64,000 bases of DNA from Escherichia phage Pollock, in sequence record NC_027381.1; one strand, given 5' to 3'. Positions 44,947 to 56,400 of this stretch are shown here, one piece after another (positions within the stretch are counted from its first letter, which is position 1; each line of letters starts with the position of its first letter). The notes under the pieces are model-generated. The model saw nothing but the letters and a program-made list of their open reading frames with translations. It did not search any database and was not told where the DNA came from. The position numbers and the translations under genes are program-made.

Positions 44947-46020
44947 TTAACGAAATTTTAATTTAAACGTTTTTTCAAACTCTTCATCATCCATAGCCAA
45001 AGGACTTACTTCTTGCTCTTTAGCTTTGTTTGAAGGTTTGGTTGGACTTGCAGCTTTACGCTTTGCAGCCCTCTCAGAGTCTTCTTGCGTTGGAATACGA
45101 GGTTTAACTTCTACAGGTTGTTTAGGAGTTGCTTTATTAAAGGCTCCTTTAGCTGCTAGTTCTTTACCTACATATTCATACGCTTGTAAATCTGAAAGAC
45201 CACTCAAATTACCCAATGCTCTTTGCTTCGTTATTTCCGTAGCGATTGTATCAAAGATTCCATTTGCTACATGCTCGTTAATAAGTGGAATAAGAGTTGG
45301 TTCATTTGCAAGTGCACGTTTACTATTATCATCCCATTCGTCAAGAATGACGGTCATTGTCCGATTGTATGTTGGAGTATGTTCAATACTATCCAACACC
45401 ATATCTAGATTAACCTGTGCATCTGGAACAGAATAATCTCTAGGTGTGTACTTTGGTTCTTCCTGAGTATTTACATCTAGTGGGTCAATCCCACTTTCAC
45501 GAATAAGTTTACTAATTGCTTCAGGATTCTTCTTATCTAAATCTATTAAATAAGAAAGTTTCTGTTCATCTAATAAACCATTATTTTCAAGCATCTTAAG
45601 AACTTTCAAAGATGGTTTCAAGGCTTCCATCTTCTTATTATAGTTTGCTCCTTTTTGCATGAGCTTAATAGCGTCATCAACATTATCAATTTGAATGTCT
45701 CGACCATTAGCTTTAAAAGGAGAAAACAGTTTCTTAAGCTGTTCCTCTGCATTAGTAATTTTTACTTCTTCAGTCTGATTTTCTTCAGACTCTTCAGTAG
45801 ATTCTGTTTCTTTATTTTCTTCTACTGATTCATCAGAAGTATTAATTTCTTCTTCAGAAGTATTTTCTTCAGTAGTTAATGCTTCTTCTTCAGTATCTTG
45901 TTCCTGAGTATTTTCCTGTTGCTCAAATGAAGATGCCGACTCGAAAGTCGGCATTGGAGCATTCAGGAAATCAGCATCAGACATACCAAGAATAGATTGT
46001 TCAACACTGTTTCCAGACAT
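44947..46020 (-). CDS. scaffolding-like protein (acidic, low complexity)
   Basis: 357 aa; Glu/Thr/Ser-rich N-terminal half; lies between portal and capsid genes. Confidence 0.4.
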   Translation of the reverse strand: MSGNSVEQSILGMSDADFLNAPMPTFESASSFEQQENTQEQDTEEEALTTEENTSEEEINTSDESVEENKETESTEESEENQTEEVKITNAEEQLKKLFSPFKANGRDIQIDNVDDAIKLMQKGANYNKKMEALKPSLKVLKMLENNGLLDEQKLSYLIDLDKKNPEAISKLIRESGIDPLDVNTQEEPKYTPRDYSVPDAQVNLDMVLDSIEHTPTYNRTMTVILDEWDDNSKRALANEPTLIPLINEHVANGIFDTIATEITKQRALGNLSGLSDLQAYEYVGKELAAKGAFNKATPKQPVEVKPRIPTQEDSERAAKRKAASPTKPSNKAKEQEVSPLAMDDEEFEKTFKLKFR

Positions 46021-46026
46021 AAGCTA

Positions 46027-46365
46027 TTACTCCTGTACTTCTTCTTCTAACAGTTCGACCTGAGTCTCTTCATCTGCTGGCAAGGAATTACGTGCCTGTT
46101 CAGCAAACATTTCAGTACGACCTAAGAAGTTACGGAAATATGCAATAGCTAACATCTGATTGCGAATTTCAGTCTGGGAAACTTCATCCTGCATATTTGG
46201 ATGAGCCAACAGAGATACAAGACGCTTAGGTTCATTCTCAAAGAACTCAGTATCAATTAGACGTTTCCAATCACGGTTCTTAGTGAGACGTGATACAGAA
46301 TCACCTAAAGCAATCATCTCTTTTTTTTGTTCGATAGTAATACGAATTTGTTCAATCTGACTCAT
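46027..46365 (-). CDS. hypothetical protein
   Basis: 112-aa ORF. Confidence 0.4.
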   Translation of the reverse strand: MSQIEQIRITIEQKKEMIALGDSVSRLTKNRDWKRLIDTEFFENEPKRLVSLLAHPNMQDEVSQTEIRNQMLAIAYFRNFLGRTEMFAEQARNSLPADEETQVELLEEEVQE

Positions 46366-46388
46366 ACGTGTGTCCTCATAATGAGATA

Positions 46389-48509
46389 TTAAATTTCACT
46401 TAATGGCTTACCAGATTTAAGAATGTAATCAACAATCTTAGTTTGAGTTTGACTTTCAGCTTGTGCAGAAATCTTCTCAACATCTCTGGCTTGTTTAACC
46501 CCAGACTCTTGTTCAATATAATCCAAGTTTTTAAGGTCTGTATCACTTTGAACATTTTGAGCTTGGGTAGCTTTATACCCTGCATTAGCTCTGTTTTCAA
46601 TTGCTTTAGATTGCTTCTCAGCGATTTCAGCTTCTAAAAGTGCAATTTCTAGTTCAGCTTTACGTTGTGCTAATGGGTCAGGTTGTGGCTGATAGGATTC
46701 AATTCTTTTAGCTAAGTCAGGCATATTTCTTAAACGAGCAATATCACTTAATACCATTTGAGTCATTTCAAAAGGCATACTATTACCCATTGTTTGTAGC
46801 ATAAATGCCAATTCTTGAGCTTTTTGGTTATCAGCTTCAGCAGTAGAGATACTTAGTTTAAGGTCAAAATCACCAGCTAATTCATCTCTTCGTACTCTAA
46901 CAAATTCATCATTAGTAATACGTACTACTTCTTCCTCAGATAAGAACTCAGCATTCATAGAAACAAACTTACGTCCAATTTCTATAATACCTTGAGCCAA
47001 TCTACGTAAAATTCCTAATTCACGTTTAGAAGCTGCATCTAATGCACCACGAATACCAGCAGCAACATCACCTAATGCTTGTGATGCAATACCTTGAGAG
47101 AAGGATTTAACACCTGTAAGAGATTCTGCTTCATTATTCTGATACTGAATCATTACAGCAGCAGATTGAGGAATCTCAGGGGCTGTATGCATGTAGATAC
47201 CTTGTCTTGGGTCTACGTTAGCATTGAACTCATAATCCTCACCCTTATCAAACTTACGTCTGTTGGTAATATCCAGCATGTCTTTACGAATACCAGTTTG
47301 ACCGTTAGCACTACGAGCCAAGATATCAATCATTGCTCTAGTAGTAGCTCCAATAATCTTCTGGTTATCTTCCAGTAATGCACCATCTGGTTCACCATAT
47401 ACAGAACGAGTAACAGGTAAATATGGAACCACAATAAATGGAATTTGTTTATCTGGATAAGGATTCTCTTCAAGACGAATCATAGTATTACCTACAAAAG
47501 TAGCTACTATAGGTACAGTCTTACCATTACCTGAAATATCCCACCAACCCCAATACTCATAAGCTACAAATTTCTTACGAGGTTCATCTTTAAAATTAAA
47601 ACCAGATGAATCTTCAGTTTCATGGTCAGGGGTATTTAAAGGGCTAGTTGAAGATACAGAAATCTTATCCAGATTCTTATATCTACCATCTTTCTCTAAA
47701 TCGGATTTAGAAGTTTCAAAACTATAGATAACAAACTGTGCCTGAGAAATATCACCATTACATGTTGGGTCAATTACTACGTTTTGAGGATTAACTACTT
47801 CAACAGTAGGATGGTTTTTAATAACTTTCTCATACTCAATTTCTTCAGTACCAGTTTGTACTGCTACATATGCACCATTGTTCTCATATGAGTAATCTAC
47901 TGAAGCAATAATATCATCAGGAAGATTATGATATTCATTTGGATTATTAACTTTAAGTTGTAGAGCTTCTTGAATAGCCTGTACTTGGTCTTCATTCTCA
48001 GCAGGATAATAAGCATATACAGGTACAGTTTCTTTAACTGTTTCTGTTTGACTTACCCAACCAACTCTAGCAATAACAGTCCCTTCATTAACAGCAGCAC
48101 GTACATACTCATCAATGAAACGAACCTTATTTATCTTTATATTGAATTGGTAATTAAGAACTAACTGGTTTTGAATAGCAGCATCTCTGTCTTCCCATGT
48201 AGCAGGAGAAACAGTAAATAATTCATCAGTACTTAAGAAGGGTTCTGTAAGAGCAGAGTATCTCCACTCAGCTTGCTTACGAATAAGCATAGGTTGAACA
48301 GAAGAACGTCCCGGACTTTTCTTTGGTTTGGCTGAACCTTCAATCTTTAGGTTATTAAGCCAAGTAGTGATTTGGGACATCTGAGCACTATGAGAGCTAT
48401 ATGCAGCATTATAGTCTGCCCTCAAATCTGAGACTGTAGGTTCATTTTTCCAGTCTGTTAGATTGCTGGTTTCTTCTGGGTTTACTATACGTAAATCGTC
48501 TTTAGACAT
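46389..48509 (-). CDS. portal protein (putative)
   Basis: 706 aa; first large gene of the morphogenesis block upstream of scaffold and capsid; assignment by size and order only. Confidence 0.55.
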   Translation of the reverse strand: MSKDDLRIVNPEETSNLTDWKNEPTVSDLRADYNAAYSSHSAQMSQITTWLNNLKIEGSAKPKKSPGRSSVQPMLIRKQAEWRYSALTEPFLSTDELFTVSPATWEDRDAAIQNQLVLNYQFNIKINKVRFIDEYVRAAVNEGTVIARVGWVSQTETVKETVPVYAYYPAENEDQVQAIQEALQLKVNNPNEYHNLPDDIIASVDYSYENNGAYVAVQTGTEEIEYEKVIKNHPTVEVVNPQNVVIDPTCNGDISQAQFVIYSFETSKSDLEKDGRYKNLDKISVSSTSPLNTPDHETEDSSGFNFKDEPRKKFVAYEYWGWWDISGNGKTVPIVATFVGNTMIRLEENPYPDKQIPFIVVPYLPVTRSVYGEPDGALLEDNQKIIGATTRAMIDILARSANGQTGIRKDMLDITNRRKFDKGEDYEFNANVDPRQGIYMHTAPEIPQSAAVMIQYQNNEAESLTGVKSFSQGIASQALGDVAAGIRGALDAASKRELGILRRLAQGIIEIGRKFVSMNAEFLSEEEVVRITNDEFVRVRRDELAGDFDLKLSISTAEADNQKAQELAFMLQTMGNSMPFEMTQMVLSDIARLRNMPDLAKRIESYQPQPDPLAQRKAELEIALLEAEIAEKQSKAIENRANAGYKATQAQNVQSDTDLKNLDYIEQESGVKQARDVEKISAQAESQTQTKIVDYILKSGKPLSEI

Positions 48510-48670
48510 TTCAAATATCCTTTAGTTACTTTGCAAGCAGTATATATGTTTATCCTCTTTCTAAACATACTTTGTCTTCTTGCGTAAGAATTATCTAATA
48601 TTTCTTTGGATTTCTATTGTATTCTTGACGAACTTCTAGAGAAGTATTTCTTATTTACTGGAGGATTCTT

Positions 48671-49045
48671 ATGCATGAACCAGTTTCTGGTACAGCTATT
48701 ACATCAGGACTATGGGCTACTACTCTACTATCCTATTGGGCTGGTATACCTTCTGGGGTAATCATTGGTTCTTTTGCAGGTGCAGTTGTCTATGTGTTAA
48801 CTAACTCTGATGTTCCTATCTTTAAGAGATTAACTTTTTTCTTAATTTCTTTTCTTGTAGGGATAATAGGAGCAGGATATACAGCTAAAGTTATTGAGGG
48901 ATTTACTCGTGTATGGACTCAATCAGATGTTCATGTAGACCACTCTATAGGGGCACTCATAGCAGCAGCACTAGCTATTAAAGTACTATTCAATTTAATA
49001 GCTAAAGCTAAGGTTCCCAATGTTTCAGCAGGGGGAAACCAGTAA
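48671..49045 (+). CDS. holin-like membrane protein
   Basis: 124 aa; multiple hydrophobic helices; first gene of lysis cassette. Confidence 0.45.
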   Translation: MHEPVSGTAITSGLWATTLLSYWAGIPSGVIIGSFAGAVVYVLTNSDVPIFKRLTFFLISFLVGIIGAGYTAKVIEGFTRVWTQSDVHVDHSIGALIAAALAIKVLFNLIAKAKVPNVSAGGNQ

Positions 49046-49335
49046 TGACAATCATAGAGTATTTTGCTTCTTTTTCTCCAATGGAGTTAGTCAATGCATT
49101 TGTCTGTATAAGCATTGCTCTAAGATTAATGGTATTTAGACAAGGAAATGCCAAACATAAACTAAGTTATTCAATTTTTGCTTATGTTCTTACAGTATCA
49201 TCTGTTGCAATTGCTATACGTATAATTATGAAGCACTATACAAATATTGACCCTTGGGAAGTATTTCTCAACTCGTCAATTTTAATTGGTGTATTTTGTG
49301 CTAAAGGTAATGTAGCAAAGTTACTAAGGGTATAA
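49045..49335 (+). CDS. small membrane protein (holin/antiholin-like)
   Basis: 96 aa; hydrophobic segments. Confidence 0.4.
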   Translation: MTIIEYFASFSPMELVNAFVCISIALRLMVFRQGNAKHKLSYSIFAYVLTVSSVAIAIRIIMKHYTNIDPWEVFLNSSILIGVFCAKGNVAKLLRV

Positions 49336-49337
49336 GT

Positions 49338-49838
49338 ATGTCTCGTGATATTTCAAATAATGGATTGAAATTTACTGCTGCTTGGGAACAGTTAAGAACC
49401 AAAGCATATAGAGCTACACAAAATGAGAAGTACCTAACGATAGGGTATGGTCACTACGGTCCTGATGTTAAACCGGGTGACACTATCACTGCTGATGGTG
49501 CTTTAAATTTACTGTACAAGGATATGGCTAAAGCTGTTCGTAAAGCATCAGAATTAGTTCATCCATCTTTTAATCAAGCTCAATTCGATGCCATTGTAGA
49601 CCTATGTTTTAACGTAGGTATTGGTGTTATCGAAAAAGATAATGTTCTTGGTGATTTCGATGATGCTGTTCGTTTAGGGGATATTCCCAAAGCCAGAGAA
49701 ATCATGGGGCAATTTATCTATCAAAATAAAAAACCATTATTAGGATTAAAAAGACGAGCAGTAGGACGTATTGCTCTGTTTGATGGTAAGTCTTGGTTAG
49801 AAGCAGAAGCTATCGGGAGAGGAGTTAAATCTCTATGA
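49338..49838 (+). CDS. endolysin, GH24 lysozyme family (P22 gp19-like)
   Basis: 166 aa; WEQLR...AY...LTIGYGH, TITA, NQAQFDAIVDLCFNVG, RRAVGRIALF match phage lysozyme blocks as recalled. Confidence 0.8.
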   Translation: MSRDISNNGLKFTAAWEQLRTKAYRATQNEKYLTIGYGHYGPDVKPGDTITADGALNLLYKDMAKAVRKASELVHPSFNQAQFDAIVDLCFNVGIGVIEKDNVLGDFDDAVRLGDIPKAREIMGQFIYQNKKPLLGLKRRAVGRIALFDGKSWLEAEAIGRGVKSL

Positions 49839-50383
49839 TAAATAAAACCAAGTTATTAATGCTTGGTTTGACTGCTATAGCTCTCACTTCGGTGGGAGCT
49901 TTTTTATCTTGGTATATAGCCAGTAATAAGTATGAATATGAAATAGCTATATTAAAGTCAGATTACAGTCTGAAATTAAAAGCTATATCAGATGAAGCAG
50001 CATTCAAACTAGGTAATGAAATAGTACGTAATAACCAACTACAACAAGAATTGAATGAATTAGATTCTAAATATTATAGAGATTTAGAGTATGAAAAAGA
50101 ACGTAATAAACAACTTAGCATTGATGTTAGTAATGGTACTCGTAGGGTGCAATTCGCAGAAACAAGTCTTGCAACCTGTAAGCAATCCAGAAATACAGGA
50201 ACAATCTCCCCCAGCATGGGTAATGGAACCACCATCGAACTCTCTCCAATTGCTGGACAAAACATTCTCAATATCCGAGAAGGAATTATTGCAGACCAAA
50301 TTAAATTGAGATATTTACAAGATTACATTCGTAAAGTAGAGGCATCCAGATATGGCAAAACTAACATCCAAACAAAGAAATAA
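49835..50383 (+). CDS. i-spanin (Rz-like)
   Basis: 182 aa; N-terminal TM helix then coiled coil; contains embedded +1-frame ORF. Confidence 0.55.
   Translation: MINKTKLLMLGLTAIALTSVGAFLSWYIASNKYEYEIAILKSDYSLKLKAISDEAAFKLGNEIVRNNQLQQELNELDSKYYRDLEYEKERNKQLSIDVSNGTRRVQFAETSLATCKQSRNTGTISPSMGNGTTIELSPIAGQNILNIREGIIADQIKLRYLQDYIRKVEASRYGKTNIQTKK
50091..50309 (+). CDS. o-spanin (Rz1-like lipoprotein), embedded in the i-spanin gene
   Basis: 72 aa; signal peptide with lipobox LVGC; Pro-rich mature part. Confidence 0.5.
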   Translation: MKKNVINNLALMLVMVLVGCNSQKQVLQPVSNPEIQEQSPPAWVMEPPSNSLQLLDKTFSISEKELLQTKLN

Positions 50384-50552
50384 ACTTCCTGATTCAGCTT
50401 TTGCTGGTCCAGATAGGAGTTATCCGGTACATGATAAAGCTCATGCAGCTAATGCTAAAGCTAGAGCAACACAGCAATATGAAGCAGGTAATCTCTCTAA
50501 GTCACAAAGAGATAAGATTCGAGCCAGAGCTAATAAAGTTTTATATGGTTAA
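50352..50552 (+). CDS. hypothetical small basic protein
   Basis: 66-aa ORF followed by terminator. Confidence 0.35.
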   Translation: MAKLTSKQRNKLPDSAFAGPDRSYPVHDKAHAANAKARATQQYEAGNLSKSQRDKIRARANKVLYG

Positions 50553-50556
50553 AATA

Positions 50557-50582
50557 AGCCCCCAAATAAGGGGGCTTTTTAT
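50557..50582. terminator. terminator between convergent lysis (+) and tail (-) genes
   Basis: agccccc-aaataa-gggggct hairpin followed by tttttatt. Confidence 0.6.
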
Positions 50583-50585
50583 TAC

Positions 50586-53441
50586 TTACTTATTCTCAAG
50601 TGCATCTATTCTACTAACCAATACATTAACAGTTTCTGCTAATGAATCAATTTGATTAATAGTAGCTCTCAGACACCACCAAAGAAGTTCTTCTTTTCTA
50701 AAGCGATATCGAGTACCTGCTTCTAATGCAGGACGTACTAGAACTTTTTGAGATTCTCTTACAAGTACTAAGGTTGTACCACTTAATAGCTCTCCTTCAT
50801 CAGAGTAGATAGCAGGTTGTACAGGTACTTCTTCATACTCTGCTGGAATCTCTTCATATTCTGCTTCAACAGCATCCCAAGAATCTAAACAGAAAGCACT
50901 GTATTTTCTCCAATCCAGTCCATGTTTAGTCATGATATCAATTGCTGCTTGCACAGTAGGACCAGAATGTAATCTGGCATCATCACCTTCTTCTTCAATT
51001 CGTTGTAACCATCTCCATACAGAAGGTAAACGAGCTATTTCTGCAAATGCAGCAATCTCTGATGAATTGATATCTCTTGGTTCATCTTTCAATGTTGCAT
51101 CAGATACAACAGTCGGTGAATTATTAAAGTAAGCATTACTGAATGCTTTACTAGAAGAACCAATATTATAGGTATTGTTAGTTGAAGGTAAGAAGTTACC
51201 TTTAATATCTGTATCCATCTGCATGAATGCAGTGCCGTTACTACGGGCTGCAATTACATAAGCGTCAGCAGAATCGTCATAAATACCCAGATTCCCGGAT
51301 GTTGATACCTGGAAAGCTCCCGCCTTCAGCGTGGTACTGATAGTCATGCGCTTCTGGGTTTTGTCATCCGATTTAATATTCACGCCCTGCAGGTATGCCA
51401 CATTCCAGCGATTTGGCGATGACCCCAGATTCATTGCCTTGTCCTGGTCGGGATGAAATGACGGCGAGACCGGACTCAATAATACAGACCAGGTCTCGCT
51501 GCCATCGGTACAATAAAGCCTTGTGCGCCCCGCCGACTGAGTATCGTTCATTGAGTAAAGGTTAATCCCGCCACCGCTCAACAAATTCACGTCAGCGCGT
51601 ATTTCCAGACAATCGTGCACGGCGTTCAGGCGGTGTTTCCACTGAACGAAGCGGCCTGTGTATTCTCCGGTTCGGAACGCATCCCCGAACAAACGAAAAA
51701 CAGCAGCAGAAGTGTCTGTATCCGGAGCCTCCTTTCTGACCTCAAATAACGGGCGATGCGAGCGCAGATTCTGCTCATAGGCTGCCACCTGGAAGTCTTC
51801 ATTGGGTGACAGGGCAATATTTACAGCATTGGGACATAGAAAAAGACTGGCATGACTATCAGGATAAGCTACACCAAAAATTGAATACCCAGTACCATCA
51901 TAAGGTTCTACAGAGACAATAGCTTTAGTACGCTTTGTTCTTGTACCACGAGTATAAGTCTTTGTTGAATCCCATTGACTTGCATTACTTGTTCCATAAG
52001 TAGTAGGTGTCCAATAAGTTGGGTTTACTGGAGAATACCCGGAAAAATTAGCTGTTCTTGCAGCAAAGTATTTTCCTTCAAATAAAACAACATCTGCTGT
52101 GGCATACCAAAAATCCATATCAAGCAGATATAGTTTACCTTTATATAAAGCTAATCCTTCTGGTTCTTGTAAACATGGATAACCTAATTCTGCATTACCA
52201 AGCATTTTCTCACGTCCATACTTAGCACGCACACCATCTACATTAAACCATCTAATAATCTCACCTGTGAATAAATTATAAATAACAATACGGTGGGTTA
52301 AGAAAACACCATTGTATCCATAATATACATATAGATATTGGTCATCACTTGCCATCCCTTGGAAAGATTGAGCCACCATAGGGATATTATTTATATGAAA
52401 TCTATATTTAAATGTTAAAGAAACACGGTCAAATACATAAATTATACGGTGGTCATCTCTGTTATACTGTACGTGAACAGGCTCACCTATAGTTTCAATA
52501 ACTAATGTTTTACCACTTTCAGATAATGCAAGTGTGATAATTTCATCGTTGTTATAGAAGTCTGATTTAAATACTTCTACTCTAGTAATATTTGATGTAG
52601 TAGTATCTCTTCCTTTCCAATTAATTATATTGATACCTTTACTGTCTTCAGTAGGTAAATACAAAATTACACCACCATTCTCATATATAGCCCCGATACT
52701 CTGATGACCTATATCTTCAAATACTGGAGAGAAAGAAATAACAGTAGGGTTTTCATTGTCCCCTTCTGGATTAAATGTTGTTTCAACAATTCTAACTCCA
52801 CCTGTTACTGGTTGATGGATAAACATACGTAAACCATCTGGAGTTTCACAAATACAGAATCCCTGACTTAAATTTTCTGCACCTTCAAAAATTCCTGAAT
52901 AATCAATATCATGTACAACTTTATGTTGTAGAGCTATATTATCAACAATAGGGTTATGTGTTGCTAAAGTTCCTACAGGAACCCATGCACCAACATGAAT
53001 ACCTCCACTTTTTTCTGGAGTAGAATCTGGTTCAACTACTTTAGGTAGTTCTCCATCCCATCTATATAAACCAGAAATACTTGTAAGTACTTCATTCTTA
53101 GTAGTTATAGTAGTTCCTGTAGTAAATGAACCAGGTACAGTTATAAACTCTTCTCGTTGTGCCCCTAATTCACCTAAATCTACAGAACCTTGTGAATGTA
53201 CAAGTACAGCATCAGTACCAAGACTGATGGCAGTAGTACCAGAAGAAATGTCAGTAGGTAAGGAATAAGCTCTTTGTGTTGTCTTATCATAAATAACCTT
53301 ATAACCACCTAAATCTACTCCTTCTGAGAAGTAGACTACTTCACTCTGTTTAACACCAAACTTACGAGCAATAGCTTGTTTGTTGGTTAAGATTCCAGTT
53401 GAACCTCTACCACCTTGGCTGAACATTTCGTTCATATACAC
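50586..53441 (-). CDS. tail fibre protein with C-terminal intramolecular chaperone domain
   Basis: 951 aa; C-terminal SDATLKDE ... IAAFAEIARLPSVWRW ... coiled-coil end; contains GC-rich segment 51240-51860. Confidence 0.65.
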   Translation of the reverse strand: MYMNEMFSQGGRGSTGILTNKQAIARKFGVKQSEVVYFSEGVDLGGYKVIYDKTTQRAYSLPTDISSGTTAISLGTDAVLVHSQGSVDLGELGAQREEFITVPGSFTTGTTITTKNEVLTSISGLYRWDGELPKVVEPDSTPEKSGGIHVGAWVPVGTLATHNPIVDNIALQHKVVHDIDYSGIFEGAENLSQGFCICETPDGLRMFIHQPVTGGVRIVETTFNPEGDNENPTVISFSPVFEDIGHQSIGAIYENGGVILYLPTEDSKGINIINWKGRDTTTSNITRVEVFKSDFYNNDEIITLALSESGKTLVIETIGEPVHVQYNRDDHRIIYVFDRVSLTFKYRFHINNIPMVAQSFQGMASDDQYLYVYYGYNGVFLTHRIVIYNLFTGEIIRWFNVDGVRAKYGREKMLGNAELGYPCLQEPEGLALYKGKLYLLDMDFWYATADVVLFEGKYFAARTANFSGYSPVNPTYWTPTTYGTSNASQWDSTKTYTRGTRTKRTKAIVSVEPYDGTGYSIFGVAYPDSHASLFLCPNAVNIALSPNEDFQVAAYEQNLRSHRPLFEVRKEAPDTDTSAAVFRLFGDAFRTGEYTGRFVQWKHRLNAVHDCLEIRADVNLLSGGGINLYSMNDTQSAGRTRLYCTDGSETWSVLLSPVSPSFHPDQDKAMNLGSSPNRWNVAYLQGVNIKSDDKTQKRMTISTTLKAGAFQVSTSGNLGIYDDSADAYVIAARSNGTAFMQMDTDIKGNFLPSTNNTYNIGSSSKAFSNAYFNNSPTVVSDATLKDEPRDINSSEIAAFAEIARLPSVWRWLQRIEEEGDDARLHSGPTVQAAIDIMTKHGLDWRKYSAFCLDSWDAVEAEYEEIPAEYEEVPVQPAIYSDEGELLSGTTLVLVRESQKVLVRPALEAGTRYRFRKEELLWWCLRATINQIDSLAETVNVLVSRIDALENK

Positions 53442-53451
53442 CTCTTTGTTT

Positions 53452-53481
53452 TTCTAAAAAAATCCCCTCCGAAGAGGGGAG
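53452..53481 (-). terminator. rho-independent terminator (minus strand)
   Basis: tcccctc-cgaa-gagggga hairpin followed by 7 T on minus strand. Confidence 0.6.
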
Positions 53482-53487
53482 TAAAGC

Positions 53488-56400
53488 TTAGTAAAATTTC
53501 TTTTCAGTAGAAGATTCTAAAACAGAAAGACGTTCTTCTATTCTTTCTAATCTTCTGCGTAGATAAGCAGCCTCAAGCCATAAGCATTGGTCTGCACGTA
53601 TTCCCCAACGATTACCAGCCTCTCTTACGAGAACTTTTTCACCAGTATCATATTCTTCCTCTACTTCTGTTTCCACACCATCAATAATGGTAGATACTTT
53701 TCTAGTTGCTAATACTGGCTCATAAGAGTCTTCCCATTCGTCATAACAAAGAAGACCAAATTTAGTTCCATCTAAACCATGAGCAAGGAAAGCATCTCTT
53801 ACCTGTTGAGCTATTACACCAAAATGCCAACGAGCATCATCATTTTTAAGTTTGATAGCAGAGAGCCAACGGAAAGCTATGATTCTTACATCTTCCCAAG
53901 CATCCAGAATTGCATCTCCATCATATTCTGAAGACAGAGATGAGCTAAGTTCACTGGTAGTTACTGGCTCTGTTTTCTCTCTTTCATCAGATGTATTTAT
54001 TGTTCCAGATACAGCATAAACCTGAGTAGGTCTATTATCTGCAACACCAAGACTATAGGAGTTATCCAGATAAGGATGCCAATGACCATTTGGACTTACT
54101 TTCCATCTCCATGTGTCATTACTTCCCAAATGTAAATCAGCTCCATTTGCAGCCATTAAAGCTACATTGGAAGTGCTCATGTACATCTGGAAATAACCAA
54201 CGCCTTTTCTCTGCCATTCATAAAGCAAGCCTGTTTCCTGTTCGTTGTTGAACTTTAATGCTTTTATAGGTGAATTTTCTCCCCATGTTGTATCACCCGA
54301 ATAAATTACATGAGGAACCACCTCAGGATTATCAGAGATACATATTTCTTTAGATGGTAGAGATAGCGTTCTTTTATCTCCTGCACCAAGCGCATAAATC
54401 AGAATGGTGCGTCTGGTTGCCCCCATAACATCAGAATGCTCAGATACTATTGTTACCGATGGATATAGAACACCATCGTAATCAACAAAATGCATTCCTT
54501 CTGATTCACGGAATGTAGGAGTAGAACCAATGATTCTAGGTAAATCAGTATCACCTAAATCAGAGATAGCTTTCCGTACATCATTACCTAACAAGTCACA
54601 ACTGGATAAGTACTGGGTTTGTCCAAATGTAATATTCCCGCAATACATATACAGATGCGAGCCATCAGAACAAAATCCACTAAGTGATGTGGTTTCATCA
54701 CCACCGACTTGTGAAAGTTGAAGAGTAAACTCATGAGTACACATAGATGAATAATCACCTTGTGTATCAAAAATATCTGTAGAGAAAATGCGGAATGTTT
54801 GATTGTTGTAGTCAGCATTATCAGTAAATCTAACAATCAACCATTTACCATCAAGAGAAATAGTAGGTGTAGTTGAGCTACCTGCTGTACGAGTTTCTTC
54901 TACAACTCTAAACAATTCAGGCGCATCAATTTCACCGTCTGTGTTACTTCTCCAAGAAAATCTAACAATCCCGTGAGAACCGCCTACAGAAAAATCAAAA
55001 TCAGTATGGGTAGTAGAACCTGCTGGTGTATCTGGTGCTGTAGTCCATAACTTAATTGCATTATTTAAATTCTGTACTGCTATACCCTGATGACCCAATC
55101 TGTCTTCAGGTAACATAAAGTCAGTAGAACTATTAATAATTCTTGAGTCAGCAGAATACTTATTCCAGATAGAAACAGTAGTGGCATTACCATCTATTTC
55201 TGTATTGTGGTTAGAGTAATAAGCCCTATCTACAGGGTCATATGTGAATGTCTGTAGTGTTCTTATTTGTCCACGACCCTGAGCAATAGGAATGAATCTT
55301 ACTGCTGAATTAGATTCTCGACCTATAGTATAAACATCCCATGCTGGCTTCTTATTAGTAAGAAGCTCCCCATTCATAGGAATGGATTTTCCGTTTATAA
55401 GCCAAGTACCATTAATATAGATATTTTTAAAGAAGGTTTTAGTAGTGGCATATACTTTGCCATCCATATCTATAACCTTGGATGTAACATCTGATTCTAG
55501 TTGCTCAAATGCACTAGTATCATCAGTAACACCATTACCTACTATTCCCCATGCACGAGGGTCATACTCATCTTTCCAACGAGCTATCTGTAAATCAGGA
55601 TATAAAGTAGCACCATCAGGATTACTAATTTTATCCTGAAGGTCTAAACCAGTAATTACTTCATCTAAGATAACTACTACGTTACCGGGAGTATAAGTAA
55701 GTTTTCCATCTGCTACTGTAGAGATATAAACATTTCTTAAAGCAGTAGGTAACCTATAGATTTTCTGTTCATCTACAGAATAGATAATAGTTTTATTATC
55801 TAATGCCTGACTGGTATTAGTACTTAAAATTACTTCTGAATTTTTTACATTAGTGGCTCTTGCTACCTCTTGAATAGTACGGTCAGCAATCTCAATAACT
55901 TCTTGCTCACCTCCAATCTGAATAATCAAACGGTCATTAGCAACCAATGGTTCAGTAAGAGTAATGGTTTGAGCATTAGCATCTACAAAGTAGGATTGAG
56001 TTTGTAATCCCTTATAGAATCTCAAACCATTCTTAAATACCGCAGGAATATCCTGAAAGGTATATGGAATATTGATAGTAGTTTCACCACCAACAGCAGC
56101 ACCTTCATTGTATAACCAGTTAAAAATAGTCCAGTTATCAATATTTGGATTATCAGGTACAGCAGGAGTACCACTAAGAAGTAAAACTACTTCATCTCCT
56201 TCCTCTAAAGCTTGAGATAATGTAACCAAGTTATTGGAAATAGAGAATTGAAATCCATAACCAACAGATTGCATGTAGCCATTAACAATAATAAATGGAA
56301 CACTTACAGTTCCATTGGGTACTGTAATAGTAGTTTCTCCACCTAAAGCAAAGCCACTCTTATAAACATAAGGAATGTAGGAACCACCACCATTTCCACC

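Noticed and set aside
48625-48653. Sigma70-like promoter (TTGACG ... TATTTC) upstream of the lysis cassette
   Set aside because: The -35-like hexamer is good, but no acceptable -10 hexamer lies at 16-18 nt spacing; too weak to call.
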